This document shows positions 1 to 11,989 of a DNA stretch of 64,000 bases, piece after piece (the stretch's first letter is position 1; each line of letters starts with the position of its first letter). The notes under the pieces were generated by a model. That model saw only the letters and a list, made by a program, of their open reading frames with translations. It was not told the DNA's origin and did not search any database. Position numbers and translations under genes: made by a program. This DNA is from Chiloscyllium plagiosum. Its lineage: Eukaryota. The stretch is from contig NC_057719.1 of the NCBI RefSeq assembly GCF_004010195.1, positions 22,762,193 to 22,826,192 of the forward strand, given 5' to 3'.

Positions 1-1740
1 GAAAATGGGAAGCCTTCAGAAATGAGATAACAAGAATCCAGAGAAAGTATGTTCCTGTCAGGGTGAAAGGGAAGGCTGGTAGGTATAGGGAATGCTGGCT
101 GACTAAAGAAATTGAGGGTTTGGTTAAGAAAAAGAAGGAATCATGTGTCAGGTACAGACAGGACAGATCGAGTGAATCCTTAGAAGAGTATAAAGGAAGT
201 AAGAGTATACTTGAGGGAAATCAGGAGGGCAAAAAGGGGACATGAGATAGCGTTGGCAAATAGAATTAAAGAGAATCCAAAGGGTTTTTACAAATATATT
301 CAGAACAAAAGGGTAACTAGGGAGAGAATAGGGCCCCTCAAAGATCAGCAAGGTGGCCTTTGTGTGGAGCCACAGAAAATGGGAGAGATACTAAATGAAT
401 ATTTTGCATCAGTATTTACTGTGGAAAAGGATATAGAAGATATAGACTGTAGGGAAATAGATGGTGACATCTTGCAAAATGTCCAGATTACAGAGGAGAA
501 AGTGCTGGGTGTCTTGAAACGGTTAAAGGTGGATAAATCCTCAGCACCTGATCAGGTGTACCCCAGAACTCTGTGGGAAGCTATAGACGTGATTGCTGGG
601 CCTCTTGCTGAGATATTTGTATCATCGATAGTCACAGGTGAGGTGCCAGAAGACTAGAGGTTGGCAAACGTGGTGCCACTGTTTAAGAAGGGTGGTAAAG
701 ACAAGCCAGGGAACTATAGACTGGTGAGCCTGACCTCAATGGTGGGCAAGTTGTTGGAGGAAATCCTGAGGGACTGGATGTACATGTATTTGGAAAGACA
801 AGGACTGATTCAGGATAGTCAATATGGCTTTGTGCATGGGAAATCTTGTGTCACAAACTTGATTGAGTTTTTTGATGAAGTAGCAAAGAAGATTGATGAG
901 GGCAGAGCAGTAGATGTGATCTATATGGACTTCAGTAAGGCATTCGACAAGGTTCACATGGGAGATTGGTTAGCAAGGTTAGATCTCACGGAATAAAGGG
1001 AGAACTAGCCATTTGGATAGAGAACTGGCTCAAAGGTAGAAGACAGAGGGCGGTGGTGGAGGGTTGTTTTTCAGACTGGAGGCTTGTGACCAGTGGAGTG
1101 CCACAAGGATCGGTGCTGTGTCCTCTACTTTTTGTCATTTACATAAATGATTTGGATGNNNNNNNNNNNNNNNNNNNNNNNNNNNNNNNNNNNNNNNNNN
1201 NNNNNNNNNNNNNNNNNNNNNNNNNNNNNNNNNNNNNNNNNNNNNNNNNNNNNNNNNNNNNNNNNNNNNNNNNNNNNNNNNNNNNNNNNNNNNNNNNNNN
1301 NNNNNNNNNNNNNNNNNNNNNNNNNNNNNNNNNNNNNNNNNNNNNNNNNNNNNNNNNNNNNNNNNNNNNNNNNNNNNNNNNNNNNNNNNNNNNNNNNNNN
1401 NNNNNNNNNNNNNNNNNNNNNNNNNNNNNNNNNNNNNNNNNNNNNNNNNNNNNNNNNNNNNNNNNNNNNNNNNNNNNNNNNNNNNNNTTGGAGGATCTGA
1501 GCTATAGGGAGAGACTGAACTGGCTGGGGTTGTTTTCCCTGGAGCGTCGGAGGCTGAGGGGTGACCTTATAGAGGTTTACAAAATTATGAGGGGCATGGA
1601 TAGGATAAATAGACAAAGTCTTTTCCTTGGGATCAGGGAGTCCAGAACTAGAGGGCATAGGTTTAAGATGAGAGGGGAAAGACATAAAAGAGACCTCAGG
1701 GGCAACGTTTTCACGCAGAGCGTGCTACGTGTATGGAATG
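1..1740 (+). mobile_element. CR1-clade LINE (HER1-like) ORF2 fragment, degraded, gap inside
   Basis: Translations give CR1 ORF2 motifs ([69 protein letters not shown]) broken by stops and frameshifts. N gap 1159-1487. The 3' end is cut off by a PLE fragment. Confidence 0.95.
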
Positions 1741-2006
1741 AAGATGGTGCTGAGCTGGAAGGTATGGAACTAAAGTAAGGTGGGGGGAGGGGAAATGAGG
1801 AAACTGGTGAAATCCACATGATGCCTTGGGGTTGAAGTGTTCTGAGGCGGAAGATGAGGCATTCTTCCTCCAGGCGTCAGGTGCTAAGGGAGTGGCGATA
1901 AAGGAGGCCCAGGACCTGCATGTCCTCAGCATAGTTCGGCCATGGGGCAGTGGGTTGATTATTGCAGGTGTCCTGGAGATGTTCTCTGAAGCGCTCTGCG
2001 AGTAGG
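1741..2006 (-). mobile_element. Penelope-like element, 3' end of GIY-YIG ORF and start of 3' UTR
   Basis: The reverse complement aligns by eye to 22310-22510 and 22645-22710 of the long PLE copy (gcagagcgcttcag...cttccgcctcagaacacttcaacccc...ccagtttcctcatttcccctcc). Confidence 0.9.
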
Positions 2007-2184
2007 ATCAATTTGAGGTTCAAGTCCTTCCTGCTCCAGTGGTGGATCAGGACATCTCTGCGAAGGTTGAATAGAAATATCTAGGAAATGCTTTTTGGAC
2101 AATCAAGTCTGCACAGATGAAAAATAAAACTGCTTTAAATCTACAGTTGTCCTACTTTCCAGCACTTGGACTTGAATTCTCACA

Positions 2185-2410
2185 GATTCATAGAATCCCC
2201 ACATTGCAGATAGAAGCTATTGGGTGTGCACCAACCCTCCAACACAGCAACCCCATATGAACCATGGTGAATCCATCTTGCCTGAATATCCCTGGATGCT
2301 ACGGGGCAGTTTAGTACAGCCAACCCACCTACTCTGCACATCTTTTGATTGTGGGACGAAAGCAGAGCAACCAGTGGAAACCCACACAGACACAGGGAGA
2401 ACATTCAAAC
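2185..2410 (-). mobile_element. HE1-type V-SINE, degenerate, head missing
   Basis: Contains a degenerate V-domain (ctgcacatcttttgattgtggga...cccacacagacacagggagaac) matching the other HE1 copies. Confidence 0.75.
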
Positions 2411-2451
2411 ATTCTGACATTCAAGTGCTCAAGCAAGTATGTTTTTAAAGG

Positions 2452-2985
2452 TTTAAATAAAAATCTGGCAAACTTATTCCAATTAATATTGAGTGCTGTA
2501 AAAACCCATCAAGTTTACTAATGCCCATTAGAAAAAGGAAATCTGCTGACTTTACCTGAGATTCCATAGCCACAGTTGGTTAGATTAGGTTCTCTACAGT
2601 ATGGAAACAGGTCATTTGGCCCAACAAGTCCACACCAGCCCTCTGAAGAGTAACCCACCTAGACCCATTCCCCTCCCCTATATTAATTCCTGACTAATGA
2701 AACCTAATGCTACAGGGAACTTAGCTTGGCCAATTTACCTAACCTGCACATCTTTGGATTGAGGGAGGGAACCCACACAGACTTGGGGAGAACGTGCAAA
2801 CTCCACACAGTCACCTGAGGCAGGAATCAAACCCAGGTCCCTGGTGCTGTGAGACACCAATGCTAACCACTGAGCCACCATGCTACTCATAAATGTAATG
2901 TGGTAATGTGGTAATGTGATTGACATTGTGGATGCCCTCTGGGGATGGGGACAAATGCTGACTTAACCTAAAATGAATGAATTAT
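2452..2985 (+). mobile_element. tRNA-headed SINE family 'B' fragment, interrupted by an HE1 SINE
   Basis: aaaacccatc...ctaatgccc...aaggaaatctgc...ccacag on the left of the HE1 insertion and aatgtgattgac...tgccctctg...gggatggg...aaatgctg...atgaatgaa on the right. Same as 8212-8640 and 43093-43440. Confidence 0.6.
2580..2886 (-). mobile_element. HE1-type V-SINE
   Basis: tRNA-like head (rc of ctaaccactgagccacc and ggaatcaaacccagg), V-domain, CR1-like tail ending in (aatct)n. Confidence 0.9.
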
Positions 2986-3328
2986 ATATAAAAATGGGAA
3001 AGTTATGAGCATTCTTCAGGTTTGTAGTAGACATTTCTCAGGGGTTAGTCATGGGATTGTTGCTTTTCCTGATATATATAAACAGTCCAGACAGTAGGTA
3101 TTGAGCAGTGAACAGTTTCAAAGGCTGAGAAAGGCTCAAACCCTGGGAGAATTCTAAACTGCAAAGAGGACAGAATAGAACTTAAAAATGATCCTGACAT
3201 GTTGGTGGAGCAGGTCAATATGTGGCAGCTAAAATTCAATGAGGAGAAGTGTGAAGCAATGCACTTTGGTACGAAAGACATGGAGAGACAGGATACAAAG
3301 AAGAGTATTGTTCCAAAGAGGTGTACAG

Positions 3329-3540
3329 GAATCCGTTTAGCTCAGTTAGCTGGATCATTGGTTTACAGAGCAGTGTCATGCTAAAAGCGTGGTTTCAATT
3401 CCCATCACTGGTTTGAGGTTACCATGAAGGAGTCATTCTCAACTTCTTCCCTTACCTGAGGTCCAATAGCCCTCAGGTTAAAGTACCACCTGTCTCTAAT
3501 GAGAGAGCAGCCCTTACGGTTTGGTAAGACTATGGTGACA
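3329..3540 (+). mobile_element. tRNA-derived SINE family 'C'
   Basis: A-box-like tagctcagttag, B-box-like ggtttcaattccc, and body ctcaggttaaa..ccacc..tctctaatgagagagcagccct..gactatgg. Homologous copies on the minus strand at ~14190-14330 and ~43712-43886. Confidence 0.7.
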
Positions 3541-4138
3541 CAACAACATAAGCACACAAAGAGAAAGATCTAAGTGTTTATGTACCTAAGTTGTTGAAAC
3601 AGCAGGACAGATGGAGAGAGCTGTTAATAAAGCATACCGTATTTGAGACTTCAAAACTGCAAACACAGAATATAAAAGCAGAGAGGTCATGACAAAATTA
3701 TATTAGACCCCTGATGAGATCTCAGCTGGAGTATTGTGTACAGTTCTGGGCACCACACTATTGGAAGGCAGTGAATGCATACAAGAGTGTTTATTAAAGG
3801 TTTACAAACACCAAGACACTTCAGTTATAAGGAAATACCGGAGAAGTTGGGAAGTTCCTTGAAGAAGAGATGGCTAAGAGGAGTTTTGGAAAATGTTGTC
3901 AAAATTGTGTGAGGTTTGGTCAGAGTGAATTGGGGAAAAAAAATGGTCCCATACATAAATGGATCAAGCACCAGAGGGCAGAGTTTAAAAGTGTTTTGCA
4001 AAATAAGCAAATGCAAAATGAAAAAAAGAAAATAACACAGTGAGTGGTTAGGGCATGGAATGGACTGCCTGGAATTTTGGTTGACTGAATTTGGTTGAAT
4101 GTTCAACTGTAGCATTCAGGAGGGCTTTGGAGAGGTAA

Positions 4139-4675
4139 AGAGTCAAAGAGATTTACAACACGGAAACAGACCCTTCAGTCCAACTCAGCCATGATGAACA
4201 TATATATTAAATAAATCTAGTCCCATTTGCCAGCATTTGGCCCATATCCCTCTAAATCCTTCCTATTCATATACACATCTAGATGCCTTTTAAATATTGT
4301 AATTGTACCAGCCTCCACCACTTCCTCTGGCAATCCATTCCATACACACACCACCCTCTGCATGAAAACATTGCCCCTTGGGTCTCTTTTAAATCTTTTC
4401 CCTGTCACCTTAAACTTGTGCCTTCTAATTTTGGGCTCTCCTAAACTGGGAAAAAATACCTTAACTATTTACCCTATCCATGCTCCTCATGATTTTATAA
4501 ACCTCTATGAGATCACCCCTCAGCCTCGGACACCTCAGGGAATACAGCCCCAGCCTATTCAGTCTGTCCCTATAGCTCAAACCCTCCAAACCTGGCAACA
4601 TCCTTATAAAATGTTTCTGATCCCTTTCAAGTTTCACAACATCCTTCCTACAGCAAGGAGACCAGTATTGAACAA
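4139..4675 (-). mobile_element. CR1 (HER1-like) 3' end
   Basis: RVVCVWNGLPEEVVEAGTITIFKRHLD..MNRK.LEGYGPNAGKWD* followed by the 3' UTR and gactct tail. Confidence 0.92.
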
Positions 4676-5249
4676 ATGTTCAGAGAGCCAGCGCACACAA
4701 GATAGGCCGAATGTCTTCCTTCTGCTCTGTAACAATTCTGTGATTCTGTAAAGGGGTGAATGTATTAATGGTCATCTTATCTCCCTACTGTTTTATCCAG
4801 TGGCATTGAGACCTGTTGTAGCTCAGATTACAAACCACCGTCTTCCACAATCAATTTCAGGCAGTCTCAAATGTGTAAAATGTCTGGTTTTTTTCAGGGC
4901 AAGAAGAAACTAACAACCCTTAACTAACAATTTTTTTTTTTCAAACTTTGATTTCGATGGAAAAGAAAAGTTCTGATATATAATTATCCTGCAGTGAATA
5001 TAAAAGGTTCATTTCTGGAGCTTGACTGTTGAAATCATTAACAGGATAGTGCAGAAGGTGTTGGTGGAATCAATAGCTCCTACATTATTCACAATTTGAA
5101 TCAATTTTCTTCACATTTTACGCTGTCAATCATGACATTGTGGTAGACATTAGGGGATCAGAATGAGCATTCACACTTTATTTCCTGGTGAATGCAGTTC
5201 TTGAACATTGCAGCGATTACCTCACCCTTAGCCACTACCTCTTGCTCAT

Positions 5250-5680
5250 GGACAGTAGATTAGAAGCACACTGACCTCTGAGTCAAGAGGTTTAAGTTAC
5301 AGCCCAAAGCATTGAGTATAAAATCCAAGGTGACACCCCAGTGTATTATTGAGCCACTGCAGCACTGTTGAAGGTGCTGCCTTTCACACCAACCCCATAT
5401 TTGCCACAGTTGGCAGTGTGCAAGAATCCTTGGCATAATTTGAAGGACAGCAGTATGGTCCATCACTGTGTCCCAGCCAATATTTATCTTTTTATATAGC
5501 AACTCCTGAAAACAGATTTTCTGATTATTATAGCATTGCTGCTTGTAGGACTTAGCTGTACATAAATTGGCTGCTCCATTTCCTATGTTATAGCAGTGTT
5601 TTGTTTTTCAAGTGCTGTGTAATATTTGGTCTGCCCCGAAGTTGTGAAAGGTGCAATATAAAGGCCCATTCTTCCATTCC
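5250..5680 (+). mobile_element. Deu-domain SINE (SacSINE1/AmnSINE1-like), old
   Basis: tgtcccagccaatatttat...aaaacagattttctgattattatagcattgctgcttgtagga...aaattggctgc...gtgaaaggtgcaatataaa resembles the recalled Deu-domain/tail consensus. A second copy lies at 17870-18215. Confidence 0.7.
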
Positions 5681-6769
5681 TTCAAAAATTTGGGCTATCC
5701 ATTTTTTGGAAATATCAGAAAATTGTAAGCTGTGCATGCCTTAATTTGTACCCTAATTTTTGCTGTTGTAAATGTATTCAGCAAAGCTCAAGAAAGTAAA
5801 AGAAGATTTTAGATCTCAAAGAAAGGTAACCTTAATATGAATTCATGAGCCATTAAAATATTTCGCTTTAAGTCTGATGTTAATTGTGATTCAGACAAAG
5901 ACATCTTTGGTGCTTCTCTGTTTAATATGAAAGTAAATTAGAACTAGTTTAGCTTGGGGCCCAAACATCAGAAAGAAAAAACTCCCAAACTACCTCTGCA
6001 CCTCTTCCAATTCCACCTGAATTTAGCAATACAGATGAGGCATTTAGAAACACACGTGGGGGAGAGAAAAAGTCAGTTATATCCAAGTGTGATGCTGCAT
6101 TAAGTTCAGTATGTTATCTCATCCATGTTATACATCTGCTGAATTTGGAGCTCTGGTGGCCCTGGCAATGAAAACAGGAGGAAGCAGCTTTTCAGTCCAT
6201 CTCATACTGGTTTCCTGCCACTTTACCATTACACTCGGTGCTACTGTTAAGTTTATCTCGGTTGCTTGAATAGGCAAGATGCTCAACCTCAGGGGTGAAT
6301 TAAAGCTTATGTAACCATTTATAGAACTGTCGAGGTTGATGGCCAGATCCTGGTGTAACTAATAATGTAGTCAGCACTTGGTGATTGATGAATAAGATAA
6401 TATATACCAAAGAGTTACTCTAGAAGCCAAGCTAAGATTCCCCCAATTCCAACAACAAAAAAAACAATCACCAGGGAGAGATTGTGCGCTCTTAAGGTGT
6501 CTTCAGCAGTTCTATCCAGACATAGTTATATATAAGACTCATGACTTATACTCTTCATGTTACCATCAGCATCATGTATGGTGGAACCAATTTCCTCTTC
6601 TGCTGGGATTTATTTGTAGTTCATTCTTGACCACAAATGTCTATAAATCCCACAGACTATTACAGGAAGTAGGATTGGCGGCACATTCTCTGCAAAGGTT
6701 AATCAGGCTTTATCATCAGTGACCAAGTCGGGTATGTACTGTGCCCTGAAATCCATCACTGAATTAATT

Positions 6770-7022
6770 GTCAGCAAGAAAGCAAGATGAGGAGAAACTT
6801 CTTTACTTAGAGAGTATTTAGGATATGGAATGCATTGCCTGCGAATGTGGTGAAGACAGATTCCATAGGAGCTTTCAGAAGAGAACTAGATACATATTTG
6901 AAGTGATGAATTTAAAGGGTTATGGAGATGAGGTTGGAGAATGGGACTATCCGATTAGCTCTTTTGGAAGCTGGTACAAACACAATTGGTCGAATGGCCT
7001 CCTTCTGTACTGTAAAATTCTA
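6770..7022 (+). mobile_element. Old CR1 3' fragment
   Basis: aggagaaacttctttact.agagagt...tggaatgcattgcct...aagggttatgga...gaatggcctccttctgtactgtaa tail. Confidence 0.75.
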
Positions 7023-7639
7023 CTTTTCCATAATTATTACAGTGCAGAAGAATCAATTCCATGACATGGTTGTATCCCAAGGTGAAGAAAGGAAAAATCC
7101 TGAACTTGGTAAGTCTAAATTTATCTTCAATTTTGTACCTAGATATTGTGCTTTCTGGCTTGGGGAGATGTAGAGATGATCCTTACTGGGTTCTATATGA
7201 AAACAGGAGCTTTATTGCAAATGCTTAATGTATATGTTCTCATAACAACTGCTTATTGAGTTTTTCCATAGACATATCCATAGTGCTGATTCAGAGCATA
7301 GAGAGCAGTCAACAGACACACACAACCATGTGTGAAACAATTGAATACTATACATTCATCATTAGAATACCGACATATGTCATCCTAACCATAACATCAT
7401 ATTGTTTCTCGGGCAATATTTTACTTGACAGAAGAGTTGAAAAAAATCAGTTATTGTGAAAGAATTGCTGATGATTAAATGACTCAATCATGTCAATGAT
7501 TAAATTATGTGAAGACCTGTCTGGTGATTGTCAAGGTTGTGAGTTTGTCTGGACTAAATCACAACCTTCCAGGAGTTTTGTCGTCAGGGACATTTTAGCT
7601 TAAGCAAGTGTGGCAGGGCATTGCATAGTCATTATTATC

Positions 7640-7765
7640 GATTTGGAGATGCCGGTGTTGAACTGGGGTGTACAAAGTTAAAAATCACACAACACCAGGT
7701 TATAGTCCAACAGGTTTAATTGGAAGCACTCTAGCTTTTGGAGTGTCGCTCCTTCATCAGGTGAT
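7640..7765 (-). mobile_element. PLE pseudo-LTR 3' fragment with decayed hammerhead motif
   Basis: Homologous to 55745-55868. The reverse complement reads cacCTGATGAaggagcgacactccAAAAgctagagtg. Confidence 0.8.
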
Positions 7766-8211
7766 TATCAAGAGGACGTTGTTTCTTCTGAGGAAGCTGT
7801 TTGTCCCAAATTATAGATAGATCAACCTTTTCATTGAGATTTTCAAGAGCAGATTCACGCCTCCAGGATTGGACAGTTAGGCCACAGTCACTATCGGAAA
7901 AACTCTGATGACTTAAAGTCCCATACCTTCACTCGAAGATTTACGACAGCCTCAGAGCTCAGGATTCCAAAATTGCAGCTGGTGACACCGTCGGAGATTG
8001 TGACCCACTGTTTGGAAAGCCATAATTTAGATATTTGGCCTTTCACTTCCAAATTTACATATGTGCATGAGCAAATACTGATGAGGCAGGGGAATCTGTG
8101 TTGGAGAGCTACAATCCCCTTCAAGTTCTAATTCACCGGACCTAATAGTTGTATCTCATATGCTATTGTTAAAAATAAAAATATTAGCAGCACAGCAGTA
8201 TAATGATAATA

Positions 8212-8640
8212 GTGCAATGGTAATGTTTTTGGATTTGTATATCTGAAAGCACAATATAGACCCAGGTTTAAATCTCATCATGGCAGCTGATGGAATTTAC
8301 ATTCAATGAATTAATCAATCTAGGATCGAAAACTCATCCCTGTAATGGTGACAATGAAGCTATCAATGATTGTTAAAAAAGCTATGAGTTTTCAAGTGCC
8401 TTTTAGGGAAAAAAATCTGCCATCCTTTTCTGGTCTGGCCTACATGTGAATCCAGATGTATAGCAATGTGATTGGTTCTTAAGTGCCAGCTAAAACAACT
8501 TAGCAAGTCATTCAGTCATATGAAACAGCCACTAAAACATCAATAGCAGATGTACTGCAATGGTTTAAGTCATTGTCTCAAAGGTAATTAGTAATGGGCA
8601 ACAACTTTGCCAGTGACACTTATCTCTTGATTGAGTAAAA
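8212..8640 (+). mobile_element. tRNA-headed SINE family 'B', near complete
   Basis: Head tggtaatg...ggtttaaatctc, body ttagggaa..aaatctgccatcctt..ctggtctggcctacatgtga.tccaga, tail ggtaattagtaatgggcaa...tgccagtgac. Confidence 0.75.
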
Positions 8641-8928
8641 GAGAGTACCACAGCCAGGAGGTGACAAATGAACTGTGCCCATACAATAACCGAGATGGAA
8701 GAGGAACCTAAATTGATTGCTATGGGAATTATGGAGTAGGCAAATGCAAGAATATCACTGGGGATAGAGAGTATGCTTCCATGAAATTCATATAAGTCTC
8801 TCAAAAGATGTCCACGCAAGCTGTAATCAGGATTGTGCAGTCATTGGATACTGCTGTAACAAGATGACAGATATAGCAAACTGTGCCATAACAGGACTGA
8901 GTATGGAGTGTGAAAAGAAACATGGGAG

Positions 8929-9800
8929 GATGGAATCAGGCTGTAAAATTATTGAGCTTGATGTTGAGTTCTAGAGTCTGTGGTGTACCCAAGTGGAAAA
9001 TGAGATGTTGTTTTTTGAGCTTGCTATGAGGCTTGCTGGAACACTGCAGCAGGTCTGAGATTGAAATGGTGGGAACATGGTGGTGTGTTGAAGTGGCAGG
9101 AAACTGGAAACTCAAGGTCATTTTTGCAGACAGAATGTGGCTGTTCAGCAAAGCTGTTTCGCTTCACCTGAAAGGTTATGTCTGGGGCCCTTGATGGTGA
9201 GGAGGAAGGAGGTAAACAAGCAGGTATTACCCCTTCTGCAATTGCATGGGAAGATGCCGTGGGGTGTGACAAGATGTGAGGAATGGTGGAGGAATGAACC
9301 AAAGTGCCCCAGAGAAAATTGTCCCTGCAGAATGCTGACAAGGAAAGGGAAGGGAATATGTGCCGAGTTGTGGCATCCCACTAGAAGTGACGGAAATGGC
9401 AGCTTCCATTCATTTAGATATGGAGACTGGTGGGGTGATAAGTGAGGACCAAGAGGATTAGATCATTGTTGCAGTAGGGAAGAGAAGGGATGAGGGCAGA
9501 ATTAAGGGGAATGGATCAGACATGGCTAAGGCCCTGTCAATCACAGTAACAGGGAATTCTTAGTTGAGGCCATTTTCCACTTGGGGACCCTGCAGCCTCT
9601 AGAACTCAACATTGAGTTCAATAACTTTAGAGCCTGATTCCATCAGTCTATGTGTTTTACCCACTCTCATACCTGGTCCTGTTATGATATGAATTTCTTT
9701 TAGCACAATCACCCATTCTCACTTAGGCCCATCGTCACATTATATGTCACATCATCACATTAAGTCACCTACCTCGACTTGATTTTTTTTTTCTCCCCTT
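8929..9800. mobile_element. Penelope-like element fragment with inverted end duplication
   Basis: The minus strand of 8929-9570 encodes the PLE C-terminus (KLKKQHLIFHLGTPQ..LNIKLNNF). 9571-9644 on the plus strand is an inverted copy of 8929-9002. Confidence 0.8.
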
Positions 9801-9839
9801 ATCCGGTCCCTTCCCACTTAAATCTGGGATTGCTCCAAT

Positions 9840-11952
9840 GCTTTACTAACTCTATCTACATGTTCACTGATGACTCCACAATTGTAGGCCAAATTTCAAT
9901 CAATGACAAGTCAGAATATAGGAACGAGATAGCAAGCTTGGTGGCATGGTGTAAAGATAACACTCTCTCCCTTAAAATCAGCAAAACAAAAGAACTGGCC
10001 ATTGACTTCAAGAAGCAAGGTAGAGGACACACCCCTAGCTACATCAATGGAACTGAGGTGGAGATAGTTGAAAGCGTCAACTTCCCAGGAGTAATGATCA
10101 CCACCAATCTGCCCTGGTCCACCCACATTGATGTGACAATCAAGAAAACACAACAATACCTCTACTTCCTCAAGACGCTAAGGAAATTCGGTATAACCAG
10201 AAAGACTCTGACCAATTTTTATAGATGTACATAGAAAACATTCTATTGGATGAAACACAGCTTACTACGGCAACTGTTCTGCCCAGGACAATAAGAAACT
10301 ACAGAGAGTTGTGAACACAGCCCAGTCCATCTTCAAGCCAACTTTCCATCCACTGACTCCATCTATACTTTGCACTGCCTCAGAAAGGCAGCCATGTCTT
10401 ATAAAAATGGTCTGTTGTGTGGTGCACCATGTTTGTAAAAAATTTCCAAGGGAATGTGCTCCATAACTAATTTCTGCCATCCCAGCAAGCCCGGCCAGTT
10501 CTCAGACATCCAATTCATCAGAATATTCTTCCGTGCACTGTATGCAAGAATATTAAATAGTTTCTTCCCATGCCCGTCTAAAGATGGTAAATTCGGTAGA
10601 CCTAAGAGGAGAGATATCGAGTTTACTTTGACTTCAGTCCTCAAAACCCTCCCTATTTCTCCTGTGGCATGTCCAGAAGCAATGGGTAAGAGTACCTACA
10701 CTTATTTTACATTTGGGGCACACTGAAGATGCCCCTTTTTTAAACTTCACCAGACGGTCCGGTGCCAGATGAAACTGTGCAGAACTTTTAACTGCGGAGC
10801 ACATGTCCTATTACAGATTGAGGTCTTACGAGCATTCTCCCATATGTTCTCCCATGTTTCAGAAGAGATCTCCACTCCTAGCTCTTGCTCCCGGGCCTCA
10901 CATAACTGGTTAATATCCTGCCAGGCCCTGCCACCCAGCAGATGATAGAGGGCACTAACAGAAAGGGTGCTTGTGGAAAGTAGCAACAACCTCTCTGTAT
11001 TGGGCTTATAGGGCTTAGTGAGAAGCATAGTCCTCTTCTGAATGAAATCCCTAACCTGAAAAAAATGGAACAAATCTCTGCTGGGCAGCCTATATTTGCG
11101 GCTCAGTTGCTCAAAAGACATCATAACCACCCCCTCAAACAACTCTCTCAAACTAGAAATTCGTCTCATGGCAGCACTTGAGTTATTTGGATATAGATTG
11201 GTCAGTTATCTTAACTAGGCTGTTTGTTTAACCAGGATGGTTCGGTTTCTCAAGCCCTGGGCCCTGGAGAGTGTCTCCTGAGTTAATACGGGTATATATA
11301 CAATGCTCCCGTTCCTTTGTTTGGGAACTTTGCGCCGAGCATAGCTGTTCTGTATTGTGTGTTTTCTTTTGTTTTTTTTTAATTTTCTTTCTTTTTTTTG
11401 ATCTATTAGTTATTTACTTATTTATTGGGGTTGCTTTGCACAGTGCTAGGGTTTGTTTTGTTTTATGGGTTAGGTTAGTAGTTAGTAGGCAGTAGTTGTA
11501 TTGTAATTTGTGTTTTTTTTTTCTTTTTATTACACTGATATTTGTTATTGATTGTACTTTTTAATAATTTTATATGTTTGTAAAGTTTTACAAAATGCTA
11601 ATAAATATATTTACAAAAAAAAACACAGGCAGCCAACATCATCAAAGACCCTTCCCACCCCGATTATGATCTGTCCCTACCCCTTCTGCTGTGTAGAAGA
11701 CAAAAAAGCTTAAAGATACATACTAACATATTCAAGAATAGCTTCTTCCCTGCTGTTATTAGACTTCTGAATGGACCTCACAAATTTCAAATTTAAAGCT
11801 GTCCTTGTTCCTTGTGGACCTTCACAGCTGTAACATTGTATTCTTTGCGTTGTTCTGTTACCCTTATGCAGTTTGTATGTTCTGCCTGTACTGCACACAA
11901 AACCAAACTATACCGAGGAACATGTGACAATAATAAATCAAATCCAATCAAA
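9840..11952 (+). mobile_element. Rex1/Babar-clade LINE 3' part, split by an L1 insertion (10395-11626)
   Basis: SIYMFTDDSTIVGQI..NDKSEYRNEI..LVAWCKDNTLSL..SKTKEL.IDFKK and KKTQQYLYFL..LRKFG. It resumes at 11627 (IIKDPSHP...NSFFPAVIRLLN) and ends in an aatcaaatccaatcaaa tail. Confidence 0.85.
10395..11626 (+). mobile_element. 5'-truncated, 5'-inverted L1/Tx1-clade LINE with poly(A) tail and TSD
   Basis: 10395-11169 (minus) encodes the ORF2 C-terminus including the CCHC knuckle CPKCKISVGTLTHCFWTC. 11168-11623 (plus) carries the ORF end, a T-rich 3' UTR, AATAAA (11600-11605) and an A-tail. Flanked by aggcagcca at 10386-10394 and 11627-11635. Confidence 0.9.
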
Positions 11953-11989
11953 CAAGGTCAATTTCAGAATTCCCAGTTTGTTGGCTCCA

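Larger units (their letters stand above)
3040..4750 (+). mobile_element. Old CR1 LINE 3' part, interrupted by a SINE (3329-3540) and a younger CR1 (4139-4675)
   Basis: WQLKFNEEKCEAMHFG and cagctggagtattgtgtacagttctgg motifs. The terminal gtcttccttctgctctgtaacaattctgtgattctgt resumes after the nested insertion. Confidence 0.75.

Noticed and set aside
1159..1487. N runs (also 20483-21041, 26619-27152, 50049-50616) and the long X-containing ORFs
   Set aside because: Assembly gaps inside young repeats, not biology.
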